Part shown: piece after piece, positions 55,486 through 64,000 of the stretch
Layout of the letters: each line of letters opens with the position of its first letter
How positions within the stretch are numbered: the first letter of the stretch is position 1
From: Candidatus Binatia bacterium
GTDB lineage: Bacteria > Desulfobacterota > Binatia > UBA9968
Length of the DNA stretch: 64,000 bases
Assembly (NCBI GenBank): GCA_036378835.1
Contig: DASUVS010000010.1
Span: 1,308 to 65,307, forward strand
Reading direction: 5' to 3'
Notes under the pieces: generated by a model
What the model saw: the letters and a program-made list of their open reading frames with translations, nothing else
The model's database searches: none
What the model was told of the DNA's origin: nothing
Position numbers and translations under genes: made by a program

Positions 55486-56514
55486 CTATGCGGTCTCTTT
55501 CTCGTCGGCACGGCGTCTGCTCTCGATCTCCTCACGAGGTGGAAAATGGTCGATTTTCATTCCCAATTCGAGGCCCATCTCGCGCAGGATCTCTTTGATC
55601 TCATTGAGCGACTTGTGACCAAAATTCTTGGTTTTGAGCATCTCCTGCTCAGACTTCTGTACCAATTCTCCGATGTATTTGATATCGGCGTTCTGTAAAC
55701 AGTTTTGCGAGCGCACGGAAAATTCGAGCTCATCAACGCTGCGAAAGAGGTTATCGTTGAGCGGGATCGATGGCCGGTCATCACGCCGTTCTTGCTGCGG
55801 CTCATCTTGAAAGTTAACGAAAATACTCAACTGATCCTGCAGGATCTTTGCGGCATACGCCACTGCATCATCGGGCTTGACGCTGCCGTCGGTTACCACT
55901 TCAAAGACGACTCGGTCATAATCCGTGTGCTGCCCAAGGCGGGCATTCGTAACAGTAAAATTTACCTTCTGAACCGGCGAAAAAATCGCGTCGATGAACA
56001 CCGTGTCTACCGGCGCTCCCTCTTCTCTGTTCCGTTCCGCCGGAACATAGCCCCGCCCCAGCTTCGCGATCAACTCCATATCGAGCTTAGCGTCTCTGGA
56101 AAGCGTGGCGATTTTTTGTTCCGGGTTGAGAATTTCGACATTGGCAGATCCGGTTATGTCCTTAGCCAACACAGTAGCCGGACCCTTGGCTTCGACTTTC
56201 AACGTGTGTTGCTCGCCATCATTGAGTCGCAACCTGACTTCCTTGAGATTCAAAATGATGTCGGTGACGTCTTCCGTGACTCCGGGAATCGTCGAGAACT
56301 CATGAAGAATTCCTTTCATCCGGACGGCGACGATCGAAGCGCCCATCAAGGATGATAACAGAATTCTTCGTAGCGAATTGCCAATGGTCTGGCCAAAACC
56401 GCGTTCGAAGGGCTCTGCATAAAACTTCCCATAAGTTGAAGTTAAAGTCTTTTCGTCCACCTCCAACTGCTTTGGTTTAATCAAATCTGTCCAATGCCTA
56501 TACATAGTAGACAT
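55486..56514 (-). CDS. rpoA: DNA-directed RNA polymerase subunit alpha
   Basis: 342 aa with NTD and CTD ([11 protein letters not shown]...IGELV). Confidence 0.98.
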   Translation of the reverse strand: MSTMYRHWTDLIKPKQLEVDEKTLTSTYGKFYAEPFERGFGQTIGNSLRRILLSSLMGASIVAVRMKGILHEFSTIPGVTEDVTDIILNLKEVRLRLNDGEQHTLKVEAKGPATVLAKDITGSANVEILNPEQKIATLSRDAKLDMELIAKLGRGYVPAERNREEGAPVDTVFIDAIFSPVQKVNFTVTNARLGQHTDYDRVVFEVVTDGSVKPDDAVAYAAKILQDQLSIFVNFQDEPQQERRDDRPSIPLNDNLFRSVDELEFSVRSQNCLQNADIKYIGELVQKSEQEMLKTKNFGHKSLNEIKEILREMGLELGMKIDHFPPREEIESRRRADEKETA

Positions 56515-56538
56515 AGTTTCTCCCCTGCATTCAGAAGC

Positions 56539-57165
56539 TTACTTCGAATACAATTCGACGATCAGCTTCTCGTTAATCGGCATGGTAATATCGCTGCGGG
56601 TGGGAAGAATCCTGATTCTTCCACTGCAATTGTCTCGGTCTAGTTCCGCCCAATCCGGCACGCCTCGTCGCTGCACGCCTTCAATGGCTGTTAGAATGCG
56701 AGCCATCTGACGGCTTTGCTCCTTGACCGAGATCACGTCGCCCACTCGAACCTGGTAAGATGGGATATTCAGCCGCTTGCCGTTGACCAGTATATGTCCA
56801 TGCCGTACCAGCAGCCTGGCTTCCGCTCTAGAACTGGCAAATCCCAAACGATACGTGACATTGTCTAAGCGGCGCTCTAAAAACACCAACAACGTCTCAC
56901 CTGTAATACCTTTGATTCGGCTAGCCTGATCAAAGGTCCTGCGGAACTGACTTTCCATGAGACGATAGATGCGCTTAACCTTCTGCTTCTCGCGCAGCTG
57001 AATACTATACTCCGAAAATTTGGGTCTGCCTTGACCGTGTTCCCCCGGCGGATAGTTGCGTCGTTCGATAGCGCATTTATCGGTGTAACAGCGCTCACCT
57101 TTCAGAAATAACTTTAGGTTCTCGCGCCTACACAACCGGCAAACAGATTCTGTGTATCTAGCCAA
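56539..57165 (-). CDS. rpsD: 30S ribosomal protein S4
   Basis: (M)[17 protein letters not shown] start with AGGAGGAAGGA as Shine-Dalgarno sequence. Confidence 0.97.
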   Translation of the reverse strand: MARYTESVCRLCRRENLKLFLKGERCYTDKCAIERRNYPPGEHGQGRPKFSEYSIQLREKQKVKRIYRLMESQFRRTFDQASRIKGITGETLLVFLERRLDNVTYRLGFASSRAEARLLVRHGHILVNGKRLNIPSYQVRVGDVISVKEQSRQMARILTAIEGVQRRGVPDWAELDRDNCSGRIRILPTRSDITMPINEKLIVELYSK

Positions 57166-57186
57166 TCCTTCCTCCTATTTTCGTTA

Positions 57187-57642
57187 TCAAACGCGTCTGC
57201 GTTTCGGCGGGCGGCAACCATTATGGGGAATCGGAGTTACGTCCTTGATCAAGCTGATGTTGATGCCAGCCGATTGCAATGCCCGTAGAGCGGATTCGCG
57301 TCCCGCTCCGGGACCCCGCACAAAAATTTGAACCGTCCGCAAGCCGTGGTCCATGGCTTTTTTGGCGGCGTTGTCGGCCGCTTGTTGCGCCGCAAACGGA
57401 GTGCCTTTGCGGGAGCCCTTAAAGCCCATGCTGCCGGCGCTCGACCACGAAATAACATTGCCTTGATAGTCCGTGATCGTGACAATCGTATTGTTGAATG
57501 TCGAATGGATGTGAACAACGCCTTCGGAAATGTTCTTGCGCCCGCGCTTCTTGCGCGCAGCGCGGTCGGCGCCCTTTTGGTCCTCTGGGGTCTCGGTCTT
57601 TTTGCCCTGTTTTTCGTCCGCGGTATCTTCGACTTTCGCCAT
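57187..57642 (-). CDS. rpsK: 30S ribosomal protein S11 (N-terminal extension)
   Basis: [18 protein letters not shown] is the S11 core. Confidence 0.97.
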   Translation of the reverse strand: MAKVEDTADEKQGKKTETPEDQKGADRAARKKRGRKNISEGVVHIHSTFNNTIVTITDYQGNVISWSSAGSMGFKGSRKGTPFAAQQAADNAAKKAMDHGLRTVQIFVRGPGAGRESALRALQSAGINISLIKDVTPIPHNGCRPPKRRRV

Positions 57643-57662
57643 TTGATTACTCCTACAATTTA

Positions 57663-58046
57663 CTAACCTTTTGACGGAGCGGTTTTCTTACCGGCGACAG
57701 TCTTTCGCGGACCTTTTCTGGTTCGCGCGTTGGTATGGGTTCTCTGGCCATGCACCGGAAGATTTCTACGATGTCGATGGCCCCGGTAAGAGCCCATTTC
57801 AATATGGCGCCTGAGGTTCGCCGACACATCCCGTCGCAGATCGCCTTCAACTTTGTAATTCTGATCTATCAACTGACGAATCTTAACCACATCATCATCG
57901 GCAAGATCGTCACTTTTTAAATCGAGCGAGATTCCGGCCTGGTTTAATATCTCTCGAGATAAATTGCGCCCGATCCCATAGATGTAGGTAAGCGCGACTT
58001 CCATCCGTTTGTTTCTTGGGAGATCGACCCCCGCTAAACGCGCCAT
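57663..58046 (-). CDS. rpsM: 30S ribosomal protein S13
   Basis: [14 protein letters not shown]. The ATG at 58046 is preceded by GGAGA. Confidence 0.97.
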   Translation of the reverse strand: MARLAGVDLPRNKRMEVALTYIYGIGRNLSREILNQAGISLDLKSDDLADDDVVKIRQLIDQNYKVEGDLRRDVSANLRRHIEMGSYRGHRHRRNLPVHGQRTHTNARTRKGPRKTVAGKKTAPSKG

Positions 58047-58072
58047 AATTTCTCCAATCAAATCCTTAAAAA

Positions 58073-58186
58073 CTAGCCTTGCCTCTGCTTGTGTTTGCTA
58101 TTCTCACATAGAACGCGGACAACGCCCTTGCGCCGAATGACTTTACATTTGTTACAAATCTTTTTAACCGAAGCTCTGACCTTCAC
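58073..58186 (-). CDS. rpmJ: 50S ribosomal protein L36
   Basis: Not in the ORF track (under 60 aa). Hand translation from GTG 58186 gives (M)[36 protein letters not shown], then TAG. Confidence 0.93.
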   Translation of the reverse strand: MKVRASVKKICNKCKVIRRKGVVRVLCENSKHKQRQG

Positions 58187-58199
58187 GATAGCTCCTGTT

Positions 58200-58418
58200 C
58201 TAACGCTCGCGATAGATGATTCTTCCACGCGCCAAATCATAGGGCGACAATTCGATTTTCACCTTGTCACCAGGAAGAATCTTGATGTAATGCATTCGCA
58301 TCTTACCGGATATGTGGGCCAAGACCCTATGCCCGTTTTCCAACTGGACCCGAAACATGGCGTTGGGTAAGGTTTCCAAGACGGTTCCCATCACTTCGAT
58401 GGCATCTTCTTTTGGCAT
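58200..58418 (-). CDS. infA: Translation initiation factor IF-1
   Basis: [30 protein letters not shown]. Confidence 0.98.
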   Translation of the reverse strand: MPKEDAIEVMGTVLETLPNAMFRVQLENGHRVLAHISGKMRMHYIKILPGDKVKIELSPYDLARGRIIYRER

Positions 58419-58449
58419 AAACTATCGCCTAGCTGCTAATCACCTCAGA

Positions 58450-59208
58450 CTATAGCTGGCTCAGAATATAGGGACCGTCTTTGGTGACGGCGACCGAATG
58501 TTCGAAATGGGCCGCTAAGCTACCGTCTTTGGTGACCGCAGTCCAGCCGTCGGCTTTAATTTCGACTTCAGGTCCGCCAATGTTTACCATAGGTTCAATG
58601 GCCAGAACCATTCCTTCTTTAAACCGCAATCCGCGATCAGGTTCACCGTAATTTGGCACCGGCGGCTCTTCATGCAGCCGTTTTCCGATGCCGTGCCCAA
58701 CGAATGCTCGAACTACTGAATAGCCTGCCCCCTCGGCCGTCATTTGGACTGCGGCACCAAGATCGCCCAGCCTCTTGCCTTCATATAATTGGTTGATGCC
58801 CTCGTACAATGACTTTTCGGTGATCTCCATCAGGCGCCTGGCTTCCTCGCTGACTTTTCCGACGCCGACAGTTATCGCAGAGTCGCCATAAAAACCCTCG
58901 TAAATGACACCGTAGTCGAGGCCGACGATGTCTCCTTCCTTAAGCGTACGATTCGACGGTATCCCATGAACTATTTCTTCGTTTATCGATGCGCACAGGC
59001 AACGAGGAAAGACCCGTCCGCCGACGGAATAACCCTTGAAGGCCGGGATGGCGTTTTTTTTCAAAGTCGATTCTTCCGCGATTCTATCCAGATCGAGTGT
59101 TGTCACTCCCGGGGCGATCTTTGCCTTCAGCTCCTGTAAGACTTCGGCTACAATCAGATTCGCTCTTCTCATAATCTCGATTTCTCGAGCTGATTTGAGC
59201 GAAATCAA
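58450..59208 (-). CDS. map: Type I methionine aminopeptidase
   Basis: (M)ISLKSAREIEIMRRAN. TTG start in a TTGA overlap with the adk stop. Confidence 0.95.
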   Translation of the reverse strand: MISLKSAREIEIMRRANLIVAEVLQELKAKIAPGVTTLDLDRIAEESTLKKNAIPAFKGYSVGGRVFPRCLCASINEEIVHGIPSNRTLKEGDIVGLDYGVIYEGFYGDSAITVGVGKVSEEARRLMEITEKSLYEGINQLYEGKRLGDLGAAVQMTAEGAGYSVVRAFVGHGIGKRLHEEPPVPNYGEPDRGLRFKEGMVLAIEPMVNIGGPEVEIKADGWTAVTKDGSLAAHFEHSVAVTKDGPYILSQL

Positions 59209-59867
59209 TTGGCCGGCCTCGCAAGTGCGTCGATAATTCGCTTCTGAATATCTTCCACTTTCCCGACACCATCAATTTTCCGCAAATTACCGCGCTGCCC
59301 GTAGTAATTAACCAGAGGCGCAGTCTGGGTTTCGTATACCCGCAGGCGAGTCGTGATGGTCTCTTCGCGATCATCATCTCGTTGCTGCAAACGACCATTA
59401 CAACGGTCGCAGGTCTCGTCATTGCGGGGTGGATCAAAGTTCATATGGTAAAGAGCGCCGCAGTCTCGGCAATTTCGCCGTCCCGCTAGGCGCTGAACTA
59501 TAATCTGCTGGGGTACTTGAATGGACAATACCCGATCCAATGGCAGTGCCATTGCCTTCAAGATCTCTTCAAGGCTTTCAGCCTGCGGCAGGGTTCTGGG
59601 AAAGCCATCGAGAACAAATCCTTGGGCGCAGTCTCTTTGTTTTAGCCGTTCACCAACTAAGCGGACTATAACATCATCGGGAACTAGCTCGCCGCGATTG
59701 AGATAGCTCTCGGCTTCCGCGCCAAGCGGCGTTTTGTCGGCCACAGCTTTTCTTAGGATGTCGCCTGTAGATATTTGACAGGCCTCGAATCGCTCGCGCA
59801 AGAGCTTCGCCTGGGTCCCTTTTCCTGCGCCCGGCGGGCCTAGCAAAACGACACGTACACTGGCCAA
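59205..59867 (-). CDS. adk: Adenylate kinase (Zn-lid type)
   Basis: LLGPPGAGKGTQ P-loop; lid CRDC...CDRC. TTG start. Confidence 0.96.
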   Translation of the reverse strand: MASVRVVLLGPPGAGKGTQAKLLRERFEACQISTGDILRKAVADKTPLGAEAESYLNRGELVPDDVIVRLVGERLKQRDCAQGFVLDGFPRTLPQAESLEEILKAMALPLDRVLSIQVPQQIIVQRLAGRRNCRDCGALYHMNFDPPRNDETCDRCNGRLQQRDDDREETITTRLRVYETQTAPLVNYYGQRGNLRKIDGVGKVEDIQKRIIDALARPAN

Positions 59868-59870
59868 GCC

Positions 59871-61178
59871 TTAGCCCCTTCTTCCCCGCAGTCGTCCTCG
59901 CTTCATAAATCCCTCATAGTTGCGGGTAATCAAGTGGCTCTCCATTTGCGCCACAGTATCAAGCGCCACGCCGACAACGATCAATAAGGCGGTCCCACCG
60001 AAGTAGAACGGGACGTTAAACTGGCTTACTAAGATCGTCGGCAGCAAGGCTACAATACACAGGTAGATTGCCCCGCTCAGAGTGATTCGAGAAAGCACCC
60101 TTTCGATATAGTCGGCGGTCTTCTGGCCGGGTCGAATTCCCGGAATATAGCCACCGAATTTCTTCATATTTTCCGCGACATCGGTTGGATTGAACACAAC
60201 CGCAGTATAGAAAAATGCAAAGAAAATGATCAGCAGTGCGAAAACCAAATCGTGCAACCACTGTCCCGGGCTAAGATAGGTCGCTGCAGCTTGAACCCAG
60301 GGATACTGGGCAAATTGCGCCATAGTTGCTGGAAAGATCAGTATTGAAGAAGCAAAAATGACCGGAATAACGTTGGCCGTGTTCACCTTCAACGGTAGAT
60401 GAGAACTCTGGCCACCATACATTTTTCGGCCGACAACCCGCTTCGCATACTGAACCGGAATACGCCGCTGTCCCCGCTCGACAAAGATAATTGCGCCGAC
60501 AACGGCTACGATCAAAACCAGCATGAAGAGCGCCACTAAGACGTTCAACTCACCTTCCCGGATAAACTGGAAGGTCGTCGTGATCGCAGAGGGAAGACGC
60601 GCAATAATGCCGGCAAAGATAATCAGCGATATGCCATTACCCACGCCCCGCTCGGTGATTTGTTCCCCCAACCACATGATAAAAGCTGTTCCGGACGCGA
60701 GTGTAATCACTGTCATGATGTGAAAACTCAAATCGGCACGCAACACAATCGGCTGACCGCCGGTTTGCGTCCCGGCCAACCCCAAGCTGATCATAGTTCC
60801 TTGGATGACCGCGAGCACGATGGTCCCATAGCGGGTATATTGCGTGATTTTGCGCCGCCCTGCTTCACCCTCTTTTGACAATCGTTCGAGGTAAGGAAAA
60901 ACCACCGTCAACAATTGAAGGATAATAGACGCGCTAATGTAGGGCATAATGCCGAGCGAAAATACCGAAAATTGTTCAAGCGCGCCGCCGGAAAAAAGAT
61001 TGAATAATCCGAAAATCGTGCCTTTATACTGTTCAAAGAACGCCGCTAAGGCTTGGCGGTCGATTCCCGGCGTCGGCACATGGACGCCAAGACGATAGAC
61101 TGCGAGCATCGCCAGCGTAAACAACAAACGTTTGCGCAACTCTGGTATGCGCGAGGCGTTTTGAAAACCGCTAAGCAT
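59871..61178 (-). CDS. secY: Preprotein translocase subunit SecY
   Basis: 435 aa with 10 TM segments, in the canonical position after rplO. Confidence 0.98.
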   Translation of the reverse strand: MLSGFQNASRIPELRKRLLFTLAMLAVYRLGVHVPTPGIDRQALAAFFEQYKGTIFGLFNLFSGGALEQFSVFSLGIMPYISASIILQLLTVVFPYLERLSKEGEAGRRKITQYTRYGTIVLAVIQGTMISLGLAGTQTGGQPIVLRADLSFHIMTVITLASGTAFIMWLGEQITERGVGNGISLIIFAGIIARLPSAITTTFQFIREGELNVLVALFMLVLIVAVVGAIIFVERGQRRIPVQYAKRVVGRKMYGGQSSHLPLKVNTANVIPVIFASSILIFPATMAQFAQYPWVQAAATYLSPGQWLHDLVFALLIIFFAFFYTAVVFNPTDVAENMKKFGGYIPGIRPGQKTADYIERVLSRITLSGAIYLCIVALLPTILVSQFNVPFYFGGTALLIVVGVALDTVAQMESHLITRNYEGFMKRGRLRGRRG

Positions 61179-61623
61179 GAGTTGTTATCAGTTCGGCCCT
61201 TCCGCCGGCTGCTTCGATTTTTTCCTTGGCCTTGGCCGAGAAGCTATGCGCTCTGATCGTCAAACTTTTCGTAAGCGCACCGTCGCCGAGGATCTTAATC
61301 CGGCGATTCTTCCCATGCACCAGTCCTCTTGCTGACAGTAGCTCCGGATTGATCTCGCTGTCCGCTGATAATGCTTCCAACTGATCCAGATTTACGATCG
61401 CCACCTCGACTTTGAAGGGATTGTTAAATCCTCGTTTCGGCAGACGCCTTTGTAGTGGCATCTGGCCGCCTTCAAACCCTGGACGAGTTCCACCGCCGGC
61501 ACGGGCGCGTTGGCCTTTGTGGCCCCGACAAGCGGTTTTTCCATGACCGGAACCGTCGCCTCGCCCCACACGTTTTTGCTTTTTTGTCGAGCCGGGAGCC
61601 GGCCTTAGATCATCAAGTTTCAT
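61171..61623 (-). CDS. rplO: 50S ribosomal protein L15
   Basis: [22 protein letters not shown]. The ATG at 61623 lies 1 nt after the rpsE stop. The track ORF to 61665 overlaps rpsE. Confidence 0.96.
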   Translation of the reverse strand: MKLDDLRPAPGSTKKQKRVGRGDGSGHGKTACRGHKGQRARAGGGTRPGFEGGQMPLQRRLPKRGFNNPFKVEVAIVNLDQLEALSADSEINPELLSARGLVHGKNRRIKILGDGALTKSLTIRAHSFSAKAKEKIEAAGGRAELITTHA

Positions 61624-61624
61624 C

Positions 61625-62128
61625 TTAACGGATCTCCGCCAATGTTTTTCCGCGCCGTTCAGCAATCTCCTCCGGCGCTCTTAAATCGCGCAAAGCTTCG
61701 ACAGTAGCTTTAACCATATTGTGCGGATTGTTGGAACCTAAGCACTTAGTCAGCACATTCTGAATTCCGGCCGCTTCAACCACGGCGCGAACTCCACCGC
61801 CGGCAATGACGCCGGTACCATCAGAAGCGGGTTTGAGGATAACGTACCCGGCACCGAATCTTCCGGTCACCTCGAAGGGGATAGTGCCTGACATCACTGG
61901 AACCCTGATCAGATTCTTTTTTGCTTGTTCCAAGCCTTTGCGAATTGCTTCCGGCACTTCGTTGGCCTTGCCCATTCCGCAGCCGACCACAGAGCGATTG
62001 TCGCCAACTACGATCAGCGCGCTAAAGCTGAACCGCCGGCCACCTTTAACCACCTTGGCGACACGGCTAATGTGAACAACCTTTTCCTTGAGTTCTAATC
62101 CATGCGGATCAATGCGTTCCAAAGACAC
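61625..62128 (-). CDS. rpsE: 30S ribosomal protein S5
   Basis: [30 protein letters not shown] start with AGGTGAG as Shine-Dalgarno sequence. Confidence 0.97.
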   Translation of the reverse strand: MSLERIDPHGLELKEKVVHISRVAKVVKGGRRFSFSALIVVGDNRSVVGCGMGKANEVPEAIRKGLEQAKKNLIRVPVMSGTIPFEVTGRFGAGYVILKPASDGTGVIAGGGVRAVVEAAGIQNVLTKCLGSNNPHNMVKATVEALRDLRAPEEIAERRGKTLAEIR

Positions 62129-62147
62129 CTCACCTGTGCAGGCTGCG

Positions 62148-62513
62148 CTAAAATTCTAAACCACCTTCGCGCGCTCCATCAGCCACGGCTTTGACGCGCC
62201 CGTGGAAGAGAAACCCATTACGATCAAAGACAACACGATTGATGTTCTTTTCTTTACAAACTTTCGCCAAATTCAAACCGACTCGCTTAGCGGCTTCCAC
62301 ACCCTTCATGCTCTTGATTTCATCTGGCAAGCCGGCGGAAAGCGTCGAAGCGGATGCTAAAGTCACTCCCTTGGCATCCGATATCACTTGAGCGTAGATG
62401 TGCCTACTGCTTTTATAGACACAGACACGCGGGCGAGCATCGGTGCCCAAAACTTTTTTTCGGACGCGCTGTTGTCGCCGTATCCGCCCAATATTCTTTC
62501 GCTTGGTTGCCAT
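62148..62513 (-). CDS. rplR: 50S ribosomal protein L18
   Basis: [18 protein letters not shown] is the L18 signature. Confidence 0.97.
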   Translation of the reverse strand: MATKRKNIGRIRRQQRVRKKVLGTDARPRVCVYKSSRHIYAQVISDAKGVTLASASTLSAGLPDEIKSMKGVEAAKRVGLNLAKVCKEKNINRVVFDRNGFLFHGRVKAVADGAREGGLEF

Positions 62514-62531
62514 CTCTGTAAACCTCGGGAG

Positions 62532-63080
62532 CTATTTGCCAGCCGAACCCACTGCCTTACCGGCCTTACGCTTGATAACCTCTTCGCGATACTTAATCCC
62601 CTTCCCTTTGTAAGGCTCAGGCTCTCGAAGACTTCTGATCTTTGCCGCAGTCTCCCCTATCAACTGTCGATCAGCACCGGTTAAAGTGATGATAACCTGC
62701 CGTTCGATCGTAGCTGTGACGCCTGGTGGCAACGGAAAAACCACTGGATGAGAGTACCCCAGCGTCATATGAATCTCTTGGCCTTTAACCTCGGCGCGAT
62801 AACCGACGCCATTAATATCGAGTATGCGATTAAATCCCTTGCTGACACCTTCGGCCATATTGGCGATCAATTTTCGGGTGAGACCGTGCAGTGCTCTGAT
62901 TCTCCGCACTTCTTCACCGCGTTCCACATGAACAACCGTCCCATCAACTTTGACCGAAATCCCCGACGGAATCGCCGCCGTGAGCTTTCCCTTCGGTCCT
63001 TCCAGCCGAACGGCATCTCCATCTACTGCGATTTTAACGCCTGAAGGCACGGTGATAGGTAATTTTCCGATGCGTGACAC
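62532..63080 (-). CDS. rplF: 50S ribosomal protein L6
   Basis: (M)SRIGKLPITVPSGV. GTG start. Confidence 0.97.
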   Translation of the reverse strand: MSRIGKLPITVPSGVKIAVDGDAVRLEGPKGKLTAAIPSGISVKVDGTVVHVERGEEVRRIRALHGLTRKLIANMAEGVSKGFNRILDINGVGYRAEVKGQEIHMTLGYSHPVVFPLPPGVTATIERQVIITLTGADRQLIGETAAKIRSLREPEPYKGKGIKYREEVIKRKAGKAVGSAGK

Positions 63081-63096
63081 GTTTACCTCTTACAGG

Positions 63097-63501
63097 CTAC
63101 CAAACCGAACAGAGAACCTCGCCGCCGACATTGGCGCGTTGGGCTTCTCGGTCGACTAAAATTCCTTTAGAAGTCGAGAGTACGTTGATGCCCAGCCCCT
63201 TGCGAATCGGGGTTAACTGTTGTGCGCCAACGTACACCTTCAAGCTTGGGCGACTTACTCGCTTTAATCCTAATATGATCGGCCGATTATCTCGATCGAA
63301 CTTCAATTGAATGATTAGCTCTTCACCGGCGCCTTCGGCCGCCTTAACTTTCTTGTATTCCTTTACGTAACCCTCTTCAACGAACACCTTTGCGATATTT
63401 TCTTTGACCCGCGACCAAGGCACGGCCACCCTTTGATGGCGCGCTCTCGAGGCGTTGCGGATTCGTGTCAGCATGTCTGCGATTGGATCGGTCATTCCCA
63501 T
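63097..63501 (-). CDS. rpsH: 30S ribosomal protein S8
   Basis: MTDPIADMLTRIRNA. Start is ATG 63501 or ATG 63495. Confidence 0.97.
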   Translation of the reverse strand: MGMTDPIADMLTRIRNASRARHQRVAVPWSRVKENIAKVFVEEGYVKEYKKVKAAEGAGEELIIQLKFDRDNRPIILGLKRVSRPSLKVYVGAQQLTPIRKGLGINVLSTSKGILVDREAQRANVGGEVLCSVW

Positions 63502-63514
63502 ATTGCTCTCCGTC

Positions 63515-63700
63515 CTACCAGCTGGCCTTAATCAGGCCGGGAATGTGGCCCTTGCGGGCGTGATCTCTGAGACAAAGTCGGCACATGCGAAAGCGGCGGT
63601 AAAACGCCCGAGATCGTCCGCAAAGCGGGCAACGATTATACTCTCGGACTTTAAACTTATTTGGTCTTTCCGCTTTGATTCTTAAACACTTCTTGGCCAA
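63515..63700 (-). CDS. rpsN: 30S ribosomal protein S14, type Z (zinc-binding, 61 aa)
   Basis: (M)[28 protein letters not shown]...CRLC. A TTG start at 63700 gives the canonical 61 aa. The track ATG at 63721 abuts the rplE stop. Confidence 0.93.
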   Translation of the reverse strand: MAKKCLRIKAERPNKFKVREYNRCPLCGRSRAFYRRFRMCRLCLRDHARKGHIPGLIKASW

Positions 63701-63721
63701 TGGAGTCCCCCTACTCGTCAA

Positions 63722-64000
63722 TCAACCGAACGGCATTCCTAACTGCTTGAGTAACGCCCTTCCCTCAGGATCGGTCTTTGCCGTCGTGGTTATTGTGACG
63801 GTCATCCCTCGGACCTTTTCAACTTTGTCAGGATTAATTTCGGGAAAAATGATCTGTTCTCTAAGACCCAACGAATAATTTCCCCGTCCGTCAAACGAGC
63901 GGTCGGAAACGCCTTTGAAGTCCCGCACTCTGGGTAGAGCCACGTGAATGAGGCGGTCGAGGAACTCATACATCCGATCTCGGCGCAACGTCACCATGCA
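63722..64000 (-). CDS. rplE: 50S ribosomal protein L5 (3' part; gene continues beyond window end)
   Basis: C-terminal L5 sequence ...[34 protein letters not shown]... Confidence 0.95.
   Translation of the reverse strand, partial: CMVTLRRDRMYEFLDRLIHVALPRVRDFKGVSDRSFDGRGNYSLGLREQIIFPEINPDKVEKVRGMTVTITTTAKTDPEGRALLKQLGMPFG

Noticed and set aside
54803-56355. 221-aa and 216-aa plus-strand ORFs (54803-55468 and 55705-56355)
   Set aside because: They are antisense to rplQ and rpoA. They have no Shine-Dalgarno sequence and no family resemblance.
1-64000. Genomic island, prophage or IS element anywhere in the window
   Set aside because: I recognised no integrase, transposase, phage structural or tRNA-flank signatures, and no obvious compositional break on reading.

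Overview
The window is 64 kb of bacterial chromosome at roughly 55% GC by eye. It is densely coded, with about 66 protein genes, and many junctions overlap by 1-4 nt (ATGA, GTGA or TGATG). I found no rRNA, tRNA, CRISPR array, transposase, integrase or prophage genes.

Layout:
- **Left end (1-5.9 kb):** a methionine module. It holds B12-dependent metH coupled to an ArsR-HTH/SAM-methyltransferase-fold regulator (SahR-type), a second methyltransferase, and the first codons of a MetE-like gene behind a 309-nt leader.
- **6-14 kb:** a conserved housekeeping string on the minus strand: rplU-rpmA | obg-proB-proA-nadD-rsfS-gpmI-comF.
- **14-54 kb:** a mixed accessory and metabolic region.
  - MarR plus a lone ABC permease.
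  - Two LemA-anchored modules: LemA-TPM-TPM, and VOC-FMN dehydrogenase-LemA-M48 peptidase-Zn ribbon.
  - ADP-forming acyl-CoA synthetase, macro domain protein and D-aminoacylase.
  - Two tandem Bug/TctC-type binding proteins, a ferredoxin and a racemase-like gene.
  - A 617-bp ORF-free spacer containing a long hairpin.
  - Two SDRs and mscL.
  - An AMP-ligase / beta-eliminating-lyase pair.
  - A CutA-Nudix fusion.
  - hisI and hisG.
  - A small-TM / TPR / ferredoxin-like / biotin-less carboxyltransferase operon.
  - An orphan EutA-like ATPase with a natural His7 tail.
  - A DUF4175 / TPR-HExxH peptidase / MoxR triad.
  - A DUF5996 gene flanked by ORF-free DNA.
- **Right end (55-64 kb):** the spc/alpha ribosomal operon on the minus strand: rplE ... 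rpsE-rplO-secY-adk-map-infA-rpmJ-rpsM-rpsK-rpsD-rpoA-rplQ. rpmD (L30) is absent. Several starts are non-ATG (TTG for rpsD, adk and map; GTG for rpsE, rplF and rpmJ).

The lineage cannot be determined from sequence alone. The gene order and the Bug-type binding proteins would fit an uncultivated Deltaproteobacteria-, Nitrospirae- or Rokubacteria-like organism, but that is inference only.

I see no clear-cut novel system. The least-explained parts are the divergent locus at 42.4-53.2 kb, the LemA/M48 junction anomaly, and the 617-bp structured spacer.

The ORF track extends genes to the farthest ATG/GTG/TTG. I trimmed starts where a Shine-Dalgarno sequence, a coupling overlap or the family N-terminus supported it.
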